DNA of 34,080 nucleotides from a virus (Duplodnaviria; Heunggongvirae; Uroviricota; Caudoviricetes): IMG/VR virus record IMGVR_UViG_648276671_000020, positions 1 to 34,080 of that record; one strand, 5' to 3'. Shown piece by piece: positions 8,115 to 17,664 of this stretch (position 1 is its first letter; each line of letters starts with the position of its first letter). The notes under the pieces were generated by a model. It saw only the letters and a program-made list of their open reading frames with translations, ran no database searches and was not told where the DNA came from. The position numbers and the translations under genes were made by a program.

Positions 8115-8140
8115 AAACCGGCATACTGGATGCCGGTTTT
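8115..8140. terminator. Intrinsic terminator after the membrane-protein gene
   Basis: Hairpin AAACCGGCAT-ACTGG-ATGCCGGTTT, flanked by A- and T-runs. Confidence 0.5.
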
Positions 8141-8300
8141 ATGCCATTTATCCGCCGTTTCCCCTTTTTATAGCTACGCATACATTAGGTGCATGATTTT
8201 GCATACATCCGTTTTGTCTGTTCTGGCTTTTCGCCGCTAGGGCTGGCCTGGAATCAGTGTACTCATGCAACTGCATTAAAACCGCCCCACGAAGCGGGCG

Positions 8301-8319
8301 GGCGAGGCGGGGAAAGCAC
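8301..8319. other. cos: cos site (P2-type 19-nt cohesive end GGCGAGGCGGGGAAAGCAC)
   Basis: Exact match to the P2/P4 cohesive-end sequence as I recall it. Lies between the cargo island and Q, the P2 position. Confidence 0.7.
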
Positions 8320-8461
8320 TGCGCGCTGGCGGTGGTGCTGATTTTATTTTTTCAGCGTCTGAGCGCGTCGTGAAGGCGCTTAGTCTGCCCGTTGAGGCGC
8401 TGGTGTGTCTGCGGGGTGTTTTGTGCTGTGGTGAGCGTGTGAGGGCGTGATGACGGGGTGT

Positions 8462-8483
8462 AAAAAAGCCGCCCGCAGGCGGC
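8462..8483 (-). terminator. Intrinsic terminator of the P-Q operon
   Basis: On the minus strand, hairpin GCCGCCTGCGGGCGGC followed by TTTTTT, immediately downstream of the Q stop. Confidence 0.5.
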
Positions 8484-8488
8484 GATGT

Positions 8489-9478
8489 TCAGCCGTTGTC
8501 AGTGTCCAGTGAGTAGTTTTTAAAGCGGATGACCTCCTGACCGAGCCAGCCGTTTATCTCGCGGATCCTGTCCTGTAGCGGGATAAGCTCATTGCGGACA
8601 AAGACCTTTGCCACTTTCTCAATATCACCCAGCGACCCGACGTTCTCCGGCTTGCCGCCCATCAACTGAAAGGGGATGCGGTGCGCGTCCAGCAGGTCAG
8701 CGGCGCTGGCTTTTTTGATATTAAAAAAATCGTCCTTCGTTGCCACTTCACTGAGCGGGATAATTTTAATGCCGTCAGCTTTCCCCTGCGGGGCATAGAG
8801 AAATAGGTTTTTAAAGTTGTTGCGGCCTTTCGACTTCACCATGTTTTCGCGGAGCATTTCGATATCGTTGCGATCCTGCACGGCATCAGTGACGTACATG
8901 ATATATCCGGCATGAGCGCCGTTTTCGTAATACTTGCGGCGGAACAGCGTGGCTGATTCATTCAGCCAGGCAGAGTTAAGGGCGCTGAGATATTCCGGCA
9001 GACCGTACAGCTCCTGATTAATATCCGGCTCCAGCAGGTGAAACACGGAGCCGGGCGCGAAAGGTGTCGGCTCATGGAAGGACGGCACCCACCAGTAAAC
9101 ATCCTCTTCCACGCCACGGCGGGTATATTTTGCCGGTGAGGTTTCCAGTCTGATGACCTTACCGGTGGTGCTGTAACGCTTTTCCAGAAACGCATTACCG
9201 AACACCAGAAAATCCAGCACAAAGCGGCTGAAATCCTGCTGGGAAAGCCACGGATGCGGGATAAATGTCGAGGCCAGAATATTGCGTTTGACGTAAATCG
9301 GTGAGCTGTGATGCACGGCAGCACGCAGGCTTTTTGCCAGACCGGTAAAGCTGACCGGTGGCTCATACCATCTGCCGTTACTGATACACTCGACGTAATC
9401 CAGAATGTCACGGCGGTCGAGTACCGGCACCGGCTCACCAAAGGTGAATGCCTCCATTTTCGGGGCGCTGGCGGTCAT
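8489..9478 (-). CDS. Q: Portal protein
   Basis: 329 aa, downstream of P on the minus strand, the P2 arrangement. No in-frame upstream start exists before a stop. Confidence 0.85.
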   Translation of the reverse strand: MTASAPKMEAFTFGEPVPVLDRRDILDYVECISNGRWYEPPVSFTGLAKSLRAAVHHSSPIYVKRNILASTFIPHPWLSQQDFSRFVLDFLVFGNAFLEKRYSTTGKVIRLETSPAKYTRRGVEEDVYWWVPSFHEPTPFAPGSVFHLLEPDINQELYGLPEYLSALNSAWLNESATLFRRKYYENGAHAGYIMYVTDAVQDRNDIEMLRENMVKSKGRNNFKNLFLYAPQGKADGIKIIPLSEVATKDDFFNIKKASAADLLDAHRIPFQLMGGKPENVGSLGDIEKVAKVFVRNELIPLQDRIREINGWLGQEVIRFKNYSLDTDNG

Positions 9479-9521
9479 TTTTTTTGCCGCAGGTTGCGGT
9501 GTTTTCCCTTTTTCTTGCTCA

Positions 9522-11294
9522 TCAGTAAAACTCCAGAATGGTGGATGTCAGCGGGGTGCTGATACCTGCGGTGAGTGGCTCATTTAACAGGGCGTGCATG
9601 GTCGCCCAGGCGAGGTCGGCATGGCTGGCTTCCTCGCTGCGGCTGGCCTCATAGGTGGCGCTGCGCCCGCTGCTGGTCATGGTCTTGCGGATAGCCATAA
9701 ACGAGCTGGTGATGTCGGTGGCGCTGACGTCATATTCCAGACAGCCACGGCGGATAACGTCTTTTGCCTTGAGCACCATTGCGGTTTTCATTTCCGGCGT
9801 GTAGCGGATATCACGCGCGGCGGGATAGAACGAGCGCACGAGCTGGAACACGCCGACACCGAGGCCGGTGGCATCAATACCGATGTATTCGACGTTGTAT
9901 TTTTCGGTGAGTTTGCGGATGGATTCCGCCTGAGTGGCAAAGTCCATGCCTTTCCACTGGTGACGCTCAAGTATTCTGAATTTGCCACCGGCCACCACCG
10001 GCGGTGCCAGCACCACGCATCCGGCGCTGTCGCCACGGTGTGACGGGTCGTAACCAATCCATACCGGACGTGAGCCGAACGGATTGGCGGCAAACGGCGC
10101 ATAGTCTTCCCATTCTTCCAGCGTGTCGACCATGCAGCGTTGCAGCTCCTCGAACGGGAACACCGACGCCTTGTCGTCAACAAATTCACACATGAACAGG
10201 TTTTTAAAATCGTCGGTGCTGTTTTCGCGTTTAAGCTGCTCAATGTCGAACAGCGTGCAGCCACCTTTCAGGGCATCCTCAATGGTGACAATCTGCCGCC
10301 ACTGGCCGTCCGCACAGAGAAGACCTCCGGCAAGGGCGTTATGACTGACGTCGATTTCCACGCGTTCGGCGGCGCTGGCGCGTCCCCGGTTGAACAGTTC
10401 ACCCGACCAGAACGGGTAGGCGTCGTGCGCCAGCGTGGACGGGGTGGAGAAATAGGTCGAGCGCAGGTGACTCTGTGAGGCCATACCTGATGCCACCTTA
10501 CGCAGTACCTGAAAATTCGGGATCCAGAAAATCTCATCGACGTACAGGTCGCCGTTATGGCTCTGTGCGGTGTTGGAGTTGGTGCCGAGAAAAATCAGTT
10601 TTGCGCCGTTATTGCCCAGGACAATCGGGTCACCGGTCAGGTCAACGTCAACCAGACGGGCAAAGGCGATGATGTATTCGCGGAACACATACGCCTGCGT
10701 TTTACTGGCCGACAGAAAAATCTGGTTATGACCGGTTTTCAGGGCACGCAGCAGCGCCTCGCGGGAAAAATAAAACGTCGCGCCAATCTGGCGGGATTTC
10801 AGGATATCTCGGATGCGGTGCTCAAGCCCGGCGCGATACCAGTGCAACTGATAGTCGAAAGACTGCTCAAAGAAAATCTGCTCCAGCTTTTCGATGGCCT
10901 CGTCACTGAAAAAATTCTTTTTCGGTTTGCGACGCCCGCCTTTGTTGCGGTTAGCGACGTTCGGATTAAGGTCTGCCTCGTTGCCGGTCTGACTGTAGCG
11001 GTTGACCCGTGCCAGTCGTTCAATCTGGCGTCCCAGCAGGTCAATTTCCTTGAAGTCACCGCCGGTTTTCTGCGGTTTGATGATGAGCTGGGTCAGCCGC
11101 GCTTCCAGACTCATTTCGACACGGCTGATGGGGGCAACGCTGTCCCAGCCGTCGCGCTGTTTCCAGCTCTGCACCGTCGGGCGTTTCATCTGCAACATGG
11201 CGGCAATCTGCGGCACGGAAAACCCCTGCCAGTACAGCAGCGCCGCCTGACGACGCGGGTCGTGTAAAAGAGTGGTGTCTGTGGTGATGGTCAT
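9522..11294 (-). CDS. P: Terminase large (ATPase) subunit
   Basis: Track ORF 9522..11324. Internal ATG with GAGG RBS gives MTITTDTTLL... and 590 aa, the size of P2 gpP. Confidence 0.9.
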   Translation of the reverse strand: MTITTDTTLLHDPRRQAALLYWQGFSVPQIAAMLQMKRPTVQSWKQRDGWDSVAPISRVEMSLEARLTQLIIKPQKTGGDFKEIDLLGRQIERLARVNRYSQTGNEADLNPNVANRNKGGRRKPKKNFFSDEAIEKLEQIFFEQSFDYQLHWYRAGLEHRIRDILKSRQIGATFYFSREALLRALKTGHNQIFLSASKTQAYVFREYIIAFARLVDVDLTGDPIVLGNNGAKLIFLGTNSNTAQSHNGDLYVDEIFWIPNFQVLRKVASGMASQSHLRSTYFSTPSTLAHDAYPFWSGELFNRGRASAAERVEIDVSHNALAGGLLCADGQWRQIVTIEDALKGGCTLFDIEQLKRENSTDDFKNLFMCEFVDDKASVFPFEELQRCMVDTLEEWEDYAPFAANPFGSRPVWIGYDPSHRGDSAGCVVLAPPVVAGGKFRILERHQWKGMDFATQAESIRKLTEKYNVEYIGIDATGLGVGVFQLVRSFYPAARDIRYTPEMKTAMVLKAKDVIRRGCLEYDVSATDITSSFMAIRKTMTSSGRSATYEASRSEEASHADLAWATMHALLNEPLTAGISTPLTSTILEFY

Positions 11295-11467
11295 GAATAC
11301 CTCGCCGTGATGAATACACGGCAAGGCTACTGAGTCGCGCCCCGCGATTCGCTAAGGTGCTGTTGTGTCAGTGATAAGCCATCCGGGACTGATGGCGGAG
11401 GATGCGCATCGTCGGGAAACTGATGCCGACATGTGACTCCTCTAATCACTATTCAGGACTCCTGACA
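11295..11467. promoter_or_regulatory. Divergent late-promoter region between P and O
   Basis: Intergenic region between divergently transcribed P/Q and O-N-M-L operons, where P2 has Ogr-dependent late promoters. No motif confidently identified. Confidence 0.35.
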
Positions 11468-12322
11468 ATGGCAAAAAAAGTCTCAAAATTCTTTCGTATC
11501 GGCGTTGAGGGTGACACCTGTGACGGGCGTGTCATCAGTGCGCAGGATATTCAGGAAATGGCCGAAACCTTTGACCCGCGTGTCTATGGTTGCCGCATTA
11601 ACCTGGAACATCTGCGCGGCATCCTGCCTGACGGTATTTTTAAGCGTTATGGCGATGTGGCCGAACTGAAGGCCGAAAAGATTGACGATGATTCGGCGCT
11701 GAAAGGCAAATGGGCGCTGTTTGCGAAAATCACCCCGACCGATGACCTTATCGCGATGAACAAGGCCGCGCAGAAGGTCTACACCTCAATGGAAATTCAG
11801 CCGAACTTTGCCAACACCGGCAAATGTTATCTGGTGGGGCTGGCCGTCACCGATGACCCGGCAAGCCTCGGCACGGAATACCTGGAATTCTGCCGCACGG
11901 CAAAACACAACCCCCTGAACCGCTTCAAATTAAGCCCTGAAAACCTGATTTCAGTGGCAACGCCCGTTGAGCTGGAATTTGAAGACCTGCCTGAAACCGT
12001 GTTCACCGCCCTGACCGAAAAGGTGAAATCCATTTTTGGCCGCAAACAGGCCAGCGATGACGCCCGTCTGAATGACGTGCATGAAGCGGTGACCGCTGTC
12101 GCTGAGCATGTGCAGGAAAAACTGAGCGCCACTGAGCAGCGCCTCGCTGAGATGGAAACCGCCTTTTCCGCACTTAAGCAGGATGTGACTGACAGGGCGG
12201 ATGAAACCAGCCAGGCATTCACCCGCCTGAAAAACAGCCTCGACCACACCGAAAGTCTGACCCAGCAGCGCCGCAGCAAAGCCACCGGCGGTGGCGGTGA
12301 CGCCCTGATGACGAACTGCTGA
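11468..12322 (+). CDS. O: Capsid scaffolding protein
   Basis: Track ORF 11402..12322. ATG at 11468 gives MAKKVSKFFRIGVEGDTCDGRV..., which matches my memory of P2 gpO; 284 aa. Confidence 0.9.
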   Translation: MAKKVSKFFRIGVEGDTCDGRVISAQDIQEMAETFDPRVYGCRINLEHLRGILPDGIFKRYGDVAELKAEKIDDDSALKGKWALFAKITPTDDLIAMNKAAQKVYTSMEIQPNFANTGKCYLVGLAVTDDPASLGTEYLEFCRTAKHNPLNRFKLSPENLISVATPVELEFEDLPETVFTALTEKVKSIFGRKQASDDARLNDVHEAVTAVAEHVQEKLSATEQRLAEMETAFSALKQDVTDRADETSQAFTRLKNSLDHTESLTQQRRSKATGGGGDALMTNC

Positions 12323-12376
12323 CCGGCGTCAGTCCGGGAAAACCTTCACGATTAACTCTTAATTTCAGGAAAAACT

Positions 12377-13450
12377 ATGCGCCAGGAAACCCGCTTTAAA
12401 TTTAATGCCTACCTGTCCCGTGTTGCCGAACTGAACGGCATCGACGCCGGTGATGTGTCGAAAAAATTCACCGTTGAACCGTCGGTCACCCAGACCCTGA
12501 TGAACACCATGCAGGAATCCTCTGACTTTCTGACCCGCATCAACATTGTGCCGGTCAGCGAAATGAAAGGGGAAAAAATTGGCATCGGTGTCACCGGCTC
12601 CATCGCCAGCACCACCGACACCGCCGGTGGCACCGAGCGTCAGCCGAAGGACTTCTCGAAGCTGGCGTCAAACAAGTACGAATGCGACCAGATTAACTTC
12701 GATTTTTATATCCGCTACAAAACGCTGGACCTGTGGGCGCGTTATCAGGATTTCCAGCTCCGTGTCCGTAACGCCATTATCAAACGCCAGTCCCTTGATT
12801 TCATCATGGCCGGTTTTAACGGCGTGAAGCGTGCCGAAACCTCTGACCGCAGCAGTAACCCGATGCTGCAGGATGTGGCGGTCGGCTGGCTGCAGAAATA
12901 CCGCAATGAAGCTCCGGCGCGCGTGATGAGCAAGGTCACTGACGAGGAAGGCCATACCACCTCTGAGGTTATCCGCGTGGGTAAGGGCGGTGATTATGTC
13001 AGCCTTGATGCACTGGTGATGGATGCGACCAATAACCTGATTGAACCGTGGTATCAGGAAGACCCTGACCTTGTGGTGATAGTGGGACGTCAGTTACTGG
13101 CGGACAAGTATTTCCCCATCGTTAACAAGGAGCAGGACAACAGCGAAATGCTGGCCGCTGACGTCATCATCAGCCAGAAACGCATCGGTAACCTGCCAGC
13201 GGTACGCGTCCCGTACTTCCCGGCGGATGCGATGCTCATCACGAAGCTGGAAAACCTGTCCATCTACTACATGGATGACAGCCATCGCCGCGTGATTGAG
13301 GAAAACCCGAAACTCGACCGCGTGGAGAACTACGAGTCAATGAACATTGATTACGTGGTGGAAGACTACGCCGCCGGCTGTCTGGTGGAAAAAATTAAGG
13401 TCGGTGATTTCTCCACACCGGCCAAGGCGACCGCAGAGCCGGGAGCGTAA
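12377..13450 (+). CDS. N: Major capsid protein
   Basis: 357 aa, the size of P2 gpN; correct position. Confidence 0.9.
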   Translation: MRQETRFKFNAYLSRVAELNGIDAGDVSKKFTVEPSVTQTLMNTMQESSDFLTRINIVPVSEMKGEKIGIGVTGSIASTTDTAGGTERQPKDFSKLASNKYECDQINFDFYIRYKTLDLWARYQDFQLRVRNAIIKRQSLDFIMAGFNGVKRAETSDRSSNPMLQDVAVGWLQKYRNEAPARVMSKVTDEEGHTTSEVIRVGKGGDYVSLDALVMDATNNLIEPWYQEDPDLVVIVGRQLLADKYFPIVNKEQDNSEMLAADVIISQKRIGNLPAVRVPYFPADAMLITKLENLSIYYMDDSHRRVIEENPKLDRVENYESMNIDYVVEDYAAGCLVEKIKVGDFSTPAKATAEPGA

Positions 13451-13453
13451 CCG

Positions 13454-14197
13454 ATGACGAGTCCCGCACAGCGCCACATGATGCGGGTCTCGGCAGCGAT
13501 GACCGCGCAGCGGGAAGCCGCCCCGCTGCGACATGCAACTGTCTATGAGCAGATGCTGGTCAAGCTGGCCGCAGACCTGCGCACACTGAAAGCGATTTAT
13601 TCAAAAGAGCTGAAGGCCGCGAAAAAACGCGAACTGCTGCCGTTCTGGTTGCCGTGGGTGAACGGCGTGCTGGAGCAGGGCAAAGGTGCACAGGATGACA
13701 TTCTGATGACGGTCATGCTGTGGCGTCTGGATACCGGCGATATTGCCGGTGCGCTGGAGATTGCCCGTTATGCCCTGAAGTACGGTCTGACCATGCCGGG
13801 TAAACACCGCCGCACCCCGCCGTACATGTTCACCGAGGAGGTGGCGCTTGCGGCCATGCGCGCTCACGCTGCCGGTGAGTCTGTGGATCCCCGCCTGCTG
13901 ACGGAGACCCTTGAACTGACCGCCACGGCAGACATGCCTGATGAAGTGCGCGCAAAGCTGCACAAAATCACCGGTCTGTTTCTGCGTGACGCTGGTGATG
14001 CCGCCGGTGCGCTGACTCACCTGCAACGTGCGACACAGCTCGACTGTCAGGCAGGCGTCAAAAAAGAGATTGAACGACTGGAGCGGGAGCTGAAACCGAA
14101 GCCGGAGCCGCAGCCCAAAGCGGCCACCCGCGCCCCACGTAAGACCCGGAGCGTGACACCGGCAAAACGTGGACGCCCGAAAAAGAAAGCCAGTTAA
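13454..14197 (+). CDS. M: Terminase small (endonuclease) subunit
   Basis: 247 aa, the size of P2 gpM; basic Lys/Arg-rich C-terminus. Confidence 0.85.
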   Translation: MTSPAQRHMMRVSAAMTAQREAAPLRHATVYEQMLVKLAADLRTLKAIYSKELKAAKKRELLPFWLPWVNGVLEQGKGAQDDILMTVMLWRLDTGDIAGALEIARYALKYGLTMPGKHRRTPPYMFTEEVALAAMRAHAAGESVDPRLLTETLELTATADMPDEVRAKLHKITGLFLRDAGDAAGALTHLQRATQLDCQAGVKKEIERLERELKPKPEPQPKAATRAPRKTRSVTPAKRGRPKKKAS

Positions 14198-14296
14198 CAA
14201 CCGAATGCGCCCCGCGCCAGGGCGGCACGCCGGTCAGTGAGGGTGAATCACCTGACACTGTACCGGCGTCCACCGCCCGACTTTTCAGAGGTAGTC

Positions 14297-14806
14297 ATGA
14301 TGACGCTGATTATTCCGCGAAAGGAGGCTCCCGTATCCGGTGAGGGTACGGTGGTCATCCCGCAACCGGCAGGCGACGAGCCGGTGATTAAAAACACGTT
14401 CTTTTTTCCCGATATCGACCCGAAGCGCGTCCGGGAACGTATGCGCCTTGAGCAGACCGTCGCCCCTGCCCGTCTGCGTGAGGCCATCAAGTCAGGCATG
14501 GCGGAGACGAATGCGGAGCTGTACGAGTACCGCGAACAGAAAATTGCCGCCGGTTTTACGCGTCTGGCGGACGTCCCGGCGGACGACATCGACGGTGAAA
14601 GCATCAAAGTTTTTTACTACGAGCGCGCCGTGTGTGCGATGGCGACCGCGTCGCTTTATGAGCGTTACCGCGGCGTGGATGCCAGTGCGAAAGGCGACAA
14701 GAAGGCCGACAGCATTGACAGCACCATTGATGAGCTGTGGCGGGATATGCGCTGGGCGGTGGCGCGCATCCAGGACAAGCCACGCTGCATCGTGAGTCAA
14801 ATCTGA
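14297..14806 (+). CDS. L: Head completion/stabilization protein
   Basis: Track ORF 14237..14806. ATG at 14297 with GAGG RBS gives 169 aa, the size of P2 gpL. Confidence 0.8.
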   Translation: MMTLIIPRKEAPVSGEGTVVIPQPAGDEPVIKNTFFFPDIDPKRVRERMRLEQTVAPARLREAIKSGMAETNAELYEYREQKIAAGFTRLADVPADDIDGESIKVFYYERAVCAMATASLYERYRGVDASAKGDKKADSIDSTIDELWRDMRWAVARIQDKPRCIVSQI

Positions 14807-15009
14807 TGAAGACCTTTGCGCTACAGGGCGACACGCTCGACGCCATTTGTGTCCGGTATTACGGGCGCACTGAGGGCGTGGTTGAGACCGTGCTCGCCGC
14901 AAATCCGGGACTGGCTGAACTGGGTGCGGTGCTGCCGCACGGCACCGCCGTCGAACTGCCCGACGTTCAGACCGCGCCCGTGGCTGAAACTGTCAATCTG
15001 TGGGAGTAA
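14806..15009 (+). CDS. X: Tail protein X (LysM-like)
   Basis: Track ORF 14737..15009. ATG at 14806 overlaps the L stop (ATGA) and gives 67 aa, MKTFALQGDTLDAICVRYYG... Confidence 0.8.
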   Translation: MKTFALQGDTLDAICVRYYGRTEGVVETVLAANPGLAELGAVLPHGTAVELPDVQTAPVAETVNLWE

Positions 15010-15012
15010 CGC

Positions 15013-15294
15013 ATGACAGCAGAAGAAAAAAGCGTCCTGTCGCTTTTCATGATTGGGGTGCTGATTGTTGTCGGCAAGGTGCTTGCCGGTGGTGAACCCA
15101 TCACCCCGCGTCTGTTTATCGGGCGCATGTTGCTCGGTGGTTTTGTCTCGATGGTTGCCGGTGTTGTTCTGGTGCAGTTTCCTGACCTGTCACTGCCTGC
15201 GGTGTGCGGCATCGGCTCCATGCTGGGTATCGCCGGTTATCAGGTGATTGAGATTGCCATTCAGCGCCGCTTTAAGGGCAGGGGGAAACCGTAA
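15013..15294 (+). CDS. Y: Holin
   Basis: 93 aa with hydrophobic helices and a charged C-terminus, immediately upstream of the endolysin. Confidence 0.8.
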   Translation: MTAEEKSVLSLFMIGVLIVVGKVLAGGEPITPRLFIGRMLLGGFVSMVAGVVLVQFPDLSLPAVCGIGSMLGIAGYQVIEIAIQRRFKGRGKP

Positions 15295-15791
15295 TGCCGG
15301 TAATTAACACGCATCAGAATATCGCGGCCTTTCTCGACATGCTGGCCGTGTCCGAAGGGACGGCGAATCATCCGCTGACGAAAAACCGGGGCTATGACGT
15401 GATCGTCACCGGACTGGACGGGAAGCCGGAAATCTTCACCGACTACAGTGACCACCCGTTCGCACATGGCCGACCGGCGAAGGTGTTTAACCGTCGCGGT
15501 GAAAAATCCACGGCCTCCGGTCGCTATCAGCAGCTTTACCTGTTCTGGCCGCACTACCGCAAACAGCTTGCCCTGCCGGATTTCAGTCCGTTGTCACAGG
15601 ACAGGCTCGCCATTCAGTTGATCCGCGAACGCGGTGCACTGGATGACATCCGGGCGGGACGCATTGAGCGCGCCATTTCACGCTGTCGCAATATCTGGGC
15701 GTCTCTGCCGGGTGCCGGTTACGGTCAGCGTGAGCATTCACTGGAAAAACTGGTCACCGTCTGGCGTACCGCTGGCGGCGTACCAGCTTAA
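15294..15791 (+). CDS. K: Endolysin (lambda R-like lytic transglycosylase)
   Basis: 165 aa. AFLDMLAVSEGT, GYDVIVTG, FTDYSDHP and NIWASLPGAGYGQREH align with lambda R as I recall it. Confidence 0.85.
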   Translation: MPVINTHQNIAAFLDMLAVSEGTANHPLTKNRGYDVIVTGLDGKPEIFTDYSDHPFAHGRPAKVFNRRGEKSTASGRYQQLYLFWPHYRKQLALPDFSPLSQDRLAIQLIRERGALDDIRAGRIERAISRCRNIWASLPGAGYGQREHSLEKLVTVWRTAGGVPA

Positions 15792-15805
15792 ACGGAGTAA
15801 ACACC

Positions 15806-16231
15806 ATGAAGAAATTATCCCTTTCACTGATGCTGAACGTGTCGCTGGCGCTGATGCTGGCACTGTCCCTGATTTACCCGCAGAGCGTGGCCGTCAGTTT
15901 TGTCGCTGCCTGGGCGATTCTGGCGACAGTTATCTGTGTGGTTGCCGGTGGTGTCGGGGTGTATGCCACTGAGTATGTACTTGAGCGCTACGGACGGGAG
16001 CTGCCGCCGGAATCGCTGGCCGTGAAGATTGTCACGTCGCTGTTTTTGCAGCCGGTGCCGTGGCGCAGACGGGCGGCGGCTCTGGTGGTGATGGTGACGA
16101 CGTTTATCTCGCTGGTCGCTGCCGGGTGGATTTTTACCGCGCTGATTTATCTCGTGGCGTCGCTGTTCTTCCGGCTGATACGTACGGCCTGCCGTCAGCG
16201 TCTTGAGGGGCGGGAACTATGTCAAAGCTGA
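15806..16231 (+). CDS. lysA: LysA-like membrane protein (lysis timing)
   Basis: 141 aa, multiple hydrophobic helices, position after K. Confidence 0.7.
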   Translation: MKKLSLSLMLNVSLALMLALSLIYPQSVAVSFVAAWAILATVICVVAGGVGVYATEYVLERYGRELPPESLAVKIVTSLFLQPVPWRRRAAALVVMVTTFISLVAAGWIFTALIYLVASLFFRLIRTACRQRLEGRELCQS

Positions 16232-16644
16232 TGACTGTGCTGGTCGTGTTGTTATCGCTGGCGGTGGCCGGTCTGTTTCTGGTGAAACACAAAAATGCCA
16301 GCCTGCGCGCCTCGCTGGACAGGGCGAATAACGTCGCCAGTGAACAGCAGACGACCATCACCATGCTGAAAAATCAGCTTCATGTTGCACTCACCAGGGC
16401 AGACAAAAACGAGCTGGCGCAGGTGGCACTGCGTCAGGAACTGGAGAACGCCGCGAAGCGTGAAGCACAGCGCGAGAAAACCATCACGAGGTTACTGAAT
16501 GAAAACGAAGATTTTCGCCGCTGGTACGGTGCTGACCTGCCTGATGCTGTGCGCCGGTTGCACCAGCGCCCGGCCTGCACCGACGCCAGTGATTGTCGCC
16601 AACGCCTGCCCGAAAGTGAGCCTTTGCCCGATGCCGGGCAGTGA
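16219..16644 (+). CDS. lysB: LysB (Rz-like inner-membrane spanin)
   Basis: 141 aa with an N-terminal TM segment and a coiled-coil-like charged body. Confidence 0.7.
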   Translation: MSKLMTVLVVLLSLAVAGLFLVKHKNASLRASLDRANNVASEQQTTITMLKNQLHVALTRADKNELAQVALRQELENAAKREAQREKTITRLLNENEDFRRWYGADLPDAVRRLHQRPACTDASDCRQRLPESEPLPDAGQ

Positions 16645-16789
16645 CCCGCAGACGAACGGCGATTTAAGTGCTGATATCCGGCAGCTTGAGAACGCGCTGG
16701 CACGCTGTGCCAGCCAGGTAAAAATGATTAAACACTGTCAGGACGAAAACGATGCTCAAACCCGACAGCCTGCGCAGGGCGCTGACTGA
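16499..16789 (+). CDS. lysC: LysC (Rz1-like outer-membrane lipoprotein spanin)
   Basis: 96 aa in the +1 frame, overlapping the end of lysB and the start of R. Signal peptide with lipobox LCAGC, Pro-rich mature part. Confidence 0.65.
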   Translation: MKTKIFAAGTVLTCLMLCAGCTSARPAPTPVIVANACPKVSLCPMPGSDPQTNGDLSADIRQLENALARCASQVKMIKHCQDENDAQTRQPAQGAD

Positions 16790-17219
16790 TGCCGTCACGG
16801 TGCTGAAAACCAGTCCAGAGATGCTTCGGATATTCGTGGATAACGGGAGTATTGCCTCCACACTGGCGACGTCGCTGTCATTCGAAAAGCGTTACACGCT
16901 CAATGTCATTGTGACCGACTTTACCGGTGATTTTGACCTGCTCATCGTGCCGGTGCTGGCGTGGCTGCGGGAAAATCAGCCCGACATCATGACCACCGAC
17001 GAAGGCCAGAAAAAGGGCTTCACGTTTTATGCAGACATCAACAATGACAGCAGCTTTGATATCAGTATCAGCCTGATGCTGACCGAGCGCACGCTGGTCA
17101 GTGAGGTGGACGGCGCGCTGCATGTGAAGAATATCCCGGAACCTCCGCCGCCGGAGCCGGTCACCCGCCCGATGGAGCTTTATATCAATGGTGAACTGGT
17201 GAGTAAGTGGGATGAATGA
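16752..17219 (+). CDS. R: Tail completion protein R
   Basis: 155 aa, the size and position of P2 gpR. Confidence 0.8.
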   Translation: MLKPDSLRRALTDAVTVLKTSPEMLRIFVDNGSIASTLATSLSFEKRYTLNVIVTDFTGDFDLLIVPVLAWLRENQPDIMTTDEGQKKGFTFYADINNDSSFDISISLMLTERTLVSEVDGALHVKNIPEPPPPEPVTRPMELYINGELVSKWDE

Positions 17220-17664
17220 GTTTAAGCGTTTTGAAGACCGGCTGACCGGACTGATCGAATCGCTGTCACCGTCAGGGCGTCGGCGACTGAGCGCCGAACT
17301 GGCGAAACGTCTGCGGCAGAGTCAGCAGCGTCGGGTGATGGCACAGAAAGCCCCGGACGGCACACCCTACGTGCCACGCCAGCAGCAGAGCGCCAGAAAA
17401 AAGACCGGTCGCGTTAAGCGAAAAATGTTTGCGAAACTTATCACCAGTCGTTTTTTGCATATCCGCGCCAGCCCTGAACAGGCATCAATGGAGTTTTACG
17501 GCGGGAAGTCACCGAAAATAGCCAGTGTGCATCAGTTCGGTCTGTCGGAAGAAACCCGGAAAGACGGTAAGAAAATTGATTATCCGGCGCGTCCTCTGCT
17601 CGGCTTTACCGGTGAGGATGTGCAGATGATTGAAGAGATTATCCTGGCTCACCTCGACCGTTAG
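17212..17664 (+). CDS. S: Tail completion protein S
   Basis: 150 aa, the size and position of P2 gpS. Confidence 0.8.
   Translation: MNEFKRFEDRLTGLIESLSPSGRRRLSAELAKRLRQSQQRRVMAQKAPDGTPYVPRQQQSARKKTGRVKRKMFAKLITSRFLHIRASPEQASMEFYGGKSPKIASVHQFGLSEETRKDGKKIDYPARPLLGFTGEDVQMIEEIILAHLDR

Noticed and set aside
8058-8240. 60-aa plus-strand ORF overlapping the end of the membrane-protein gene and the terminator
   Set aside because: It runs through an intrinsic terminator hairpin toward the cos region and has no RBS. Likely noncoding.
9594-11267. Long plus-strand ORFs (149, 158, 236 aa etc.) overlapping the terminase gene P
   Set aside because: They lie antisense to or out of frame within a well-supported GC-rich gene and have Arg/Gly/Ala-rich low-complexity translations. 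Judged to be shadow ORFs. The same applies to 8962..9441(-), 13601..14200(-), 19233..19814(-), 19648..20358(-), 29553..29987(-), 30021..30710(-) and 31528..32100(-).
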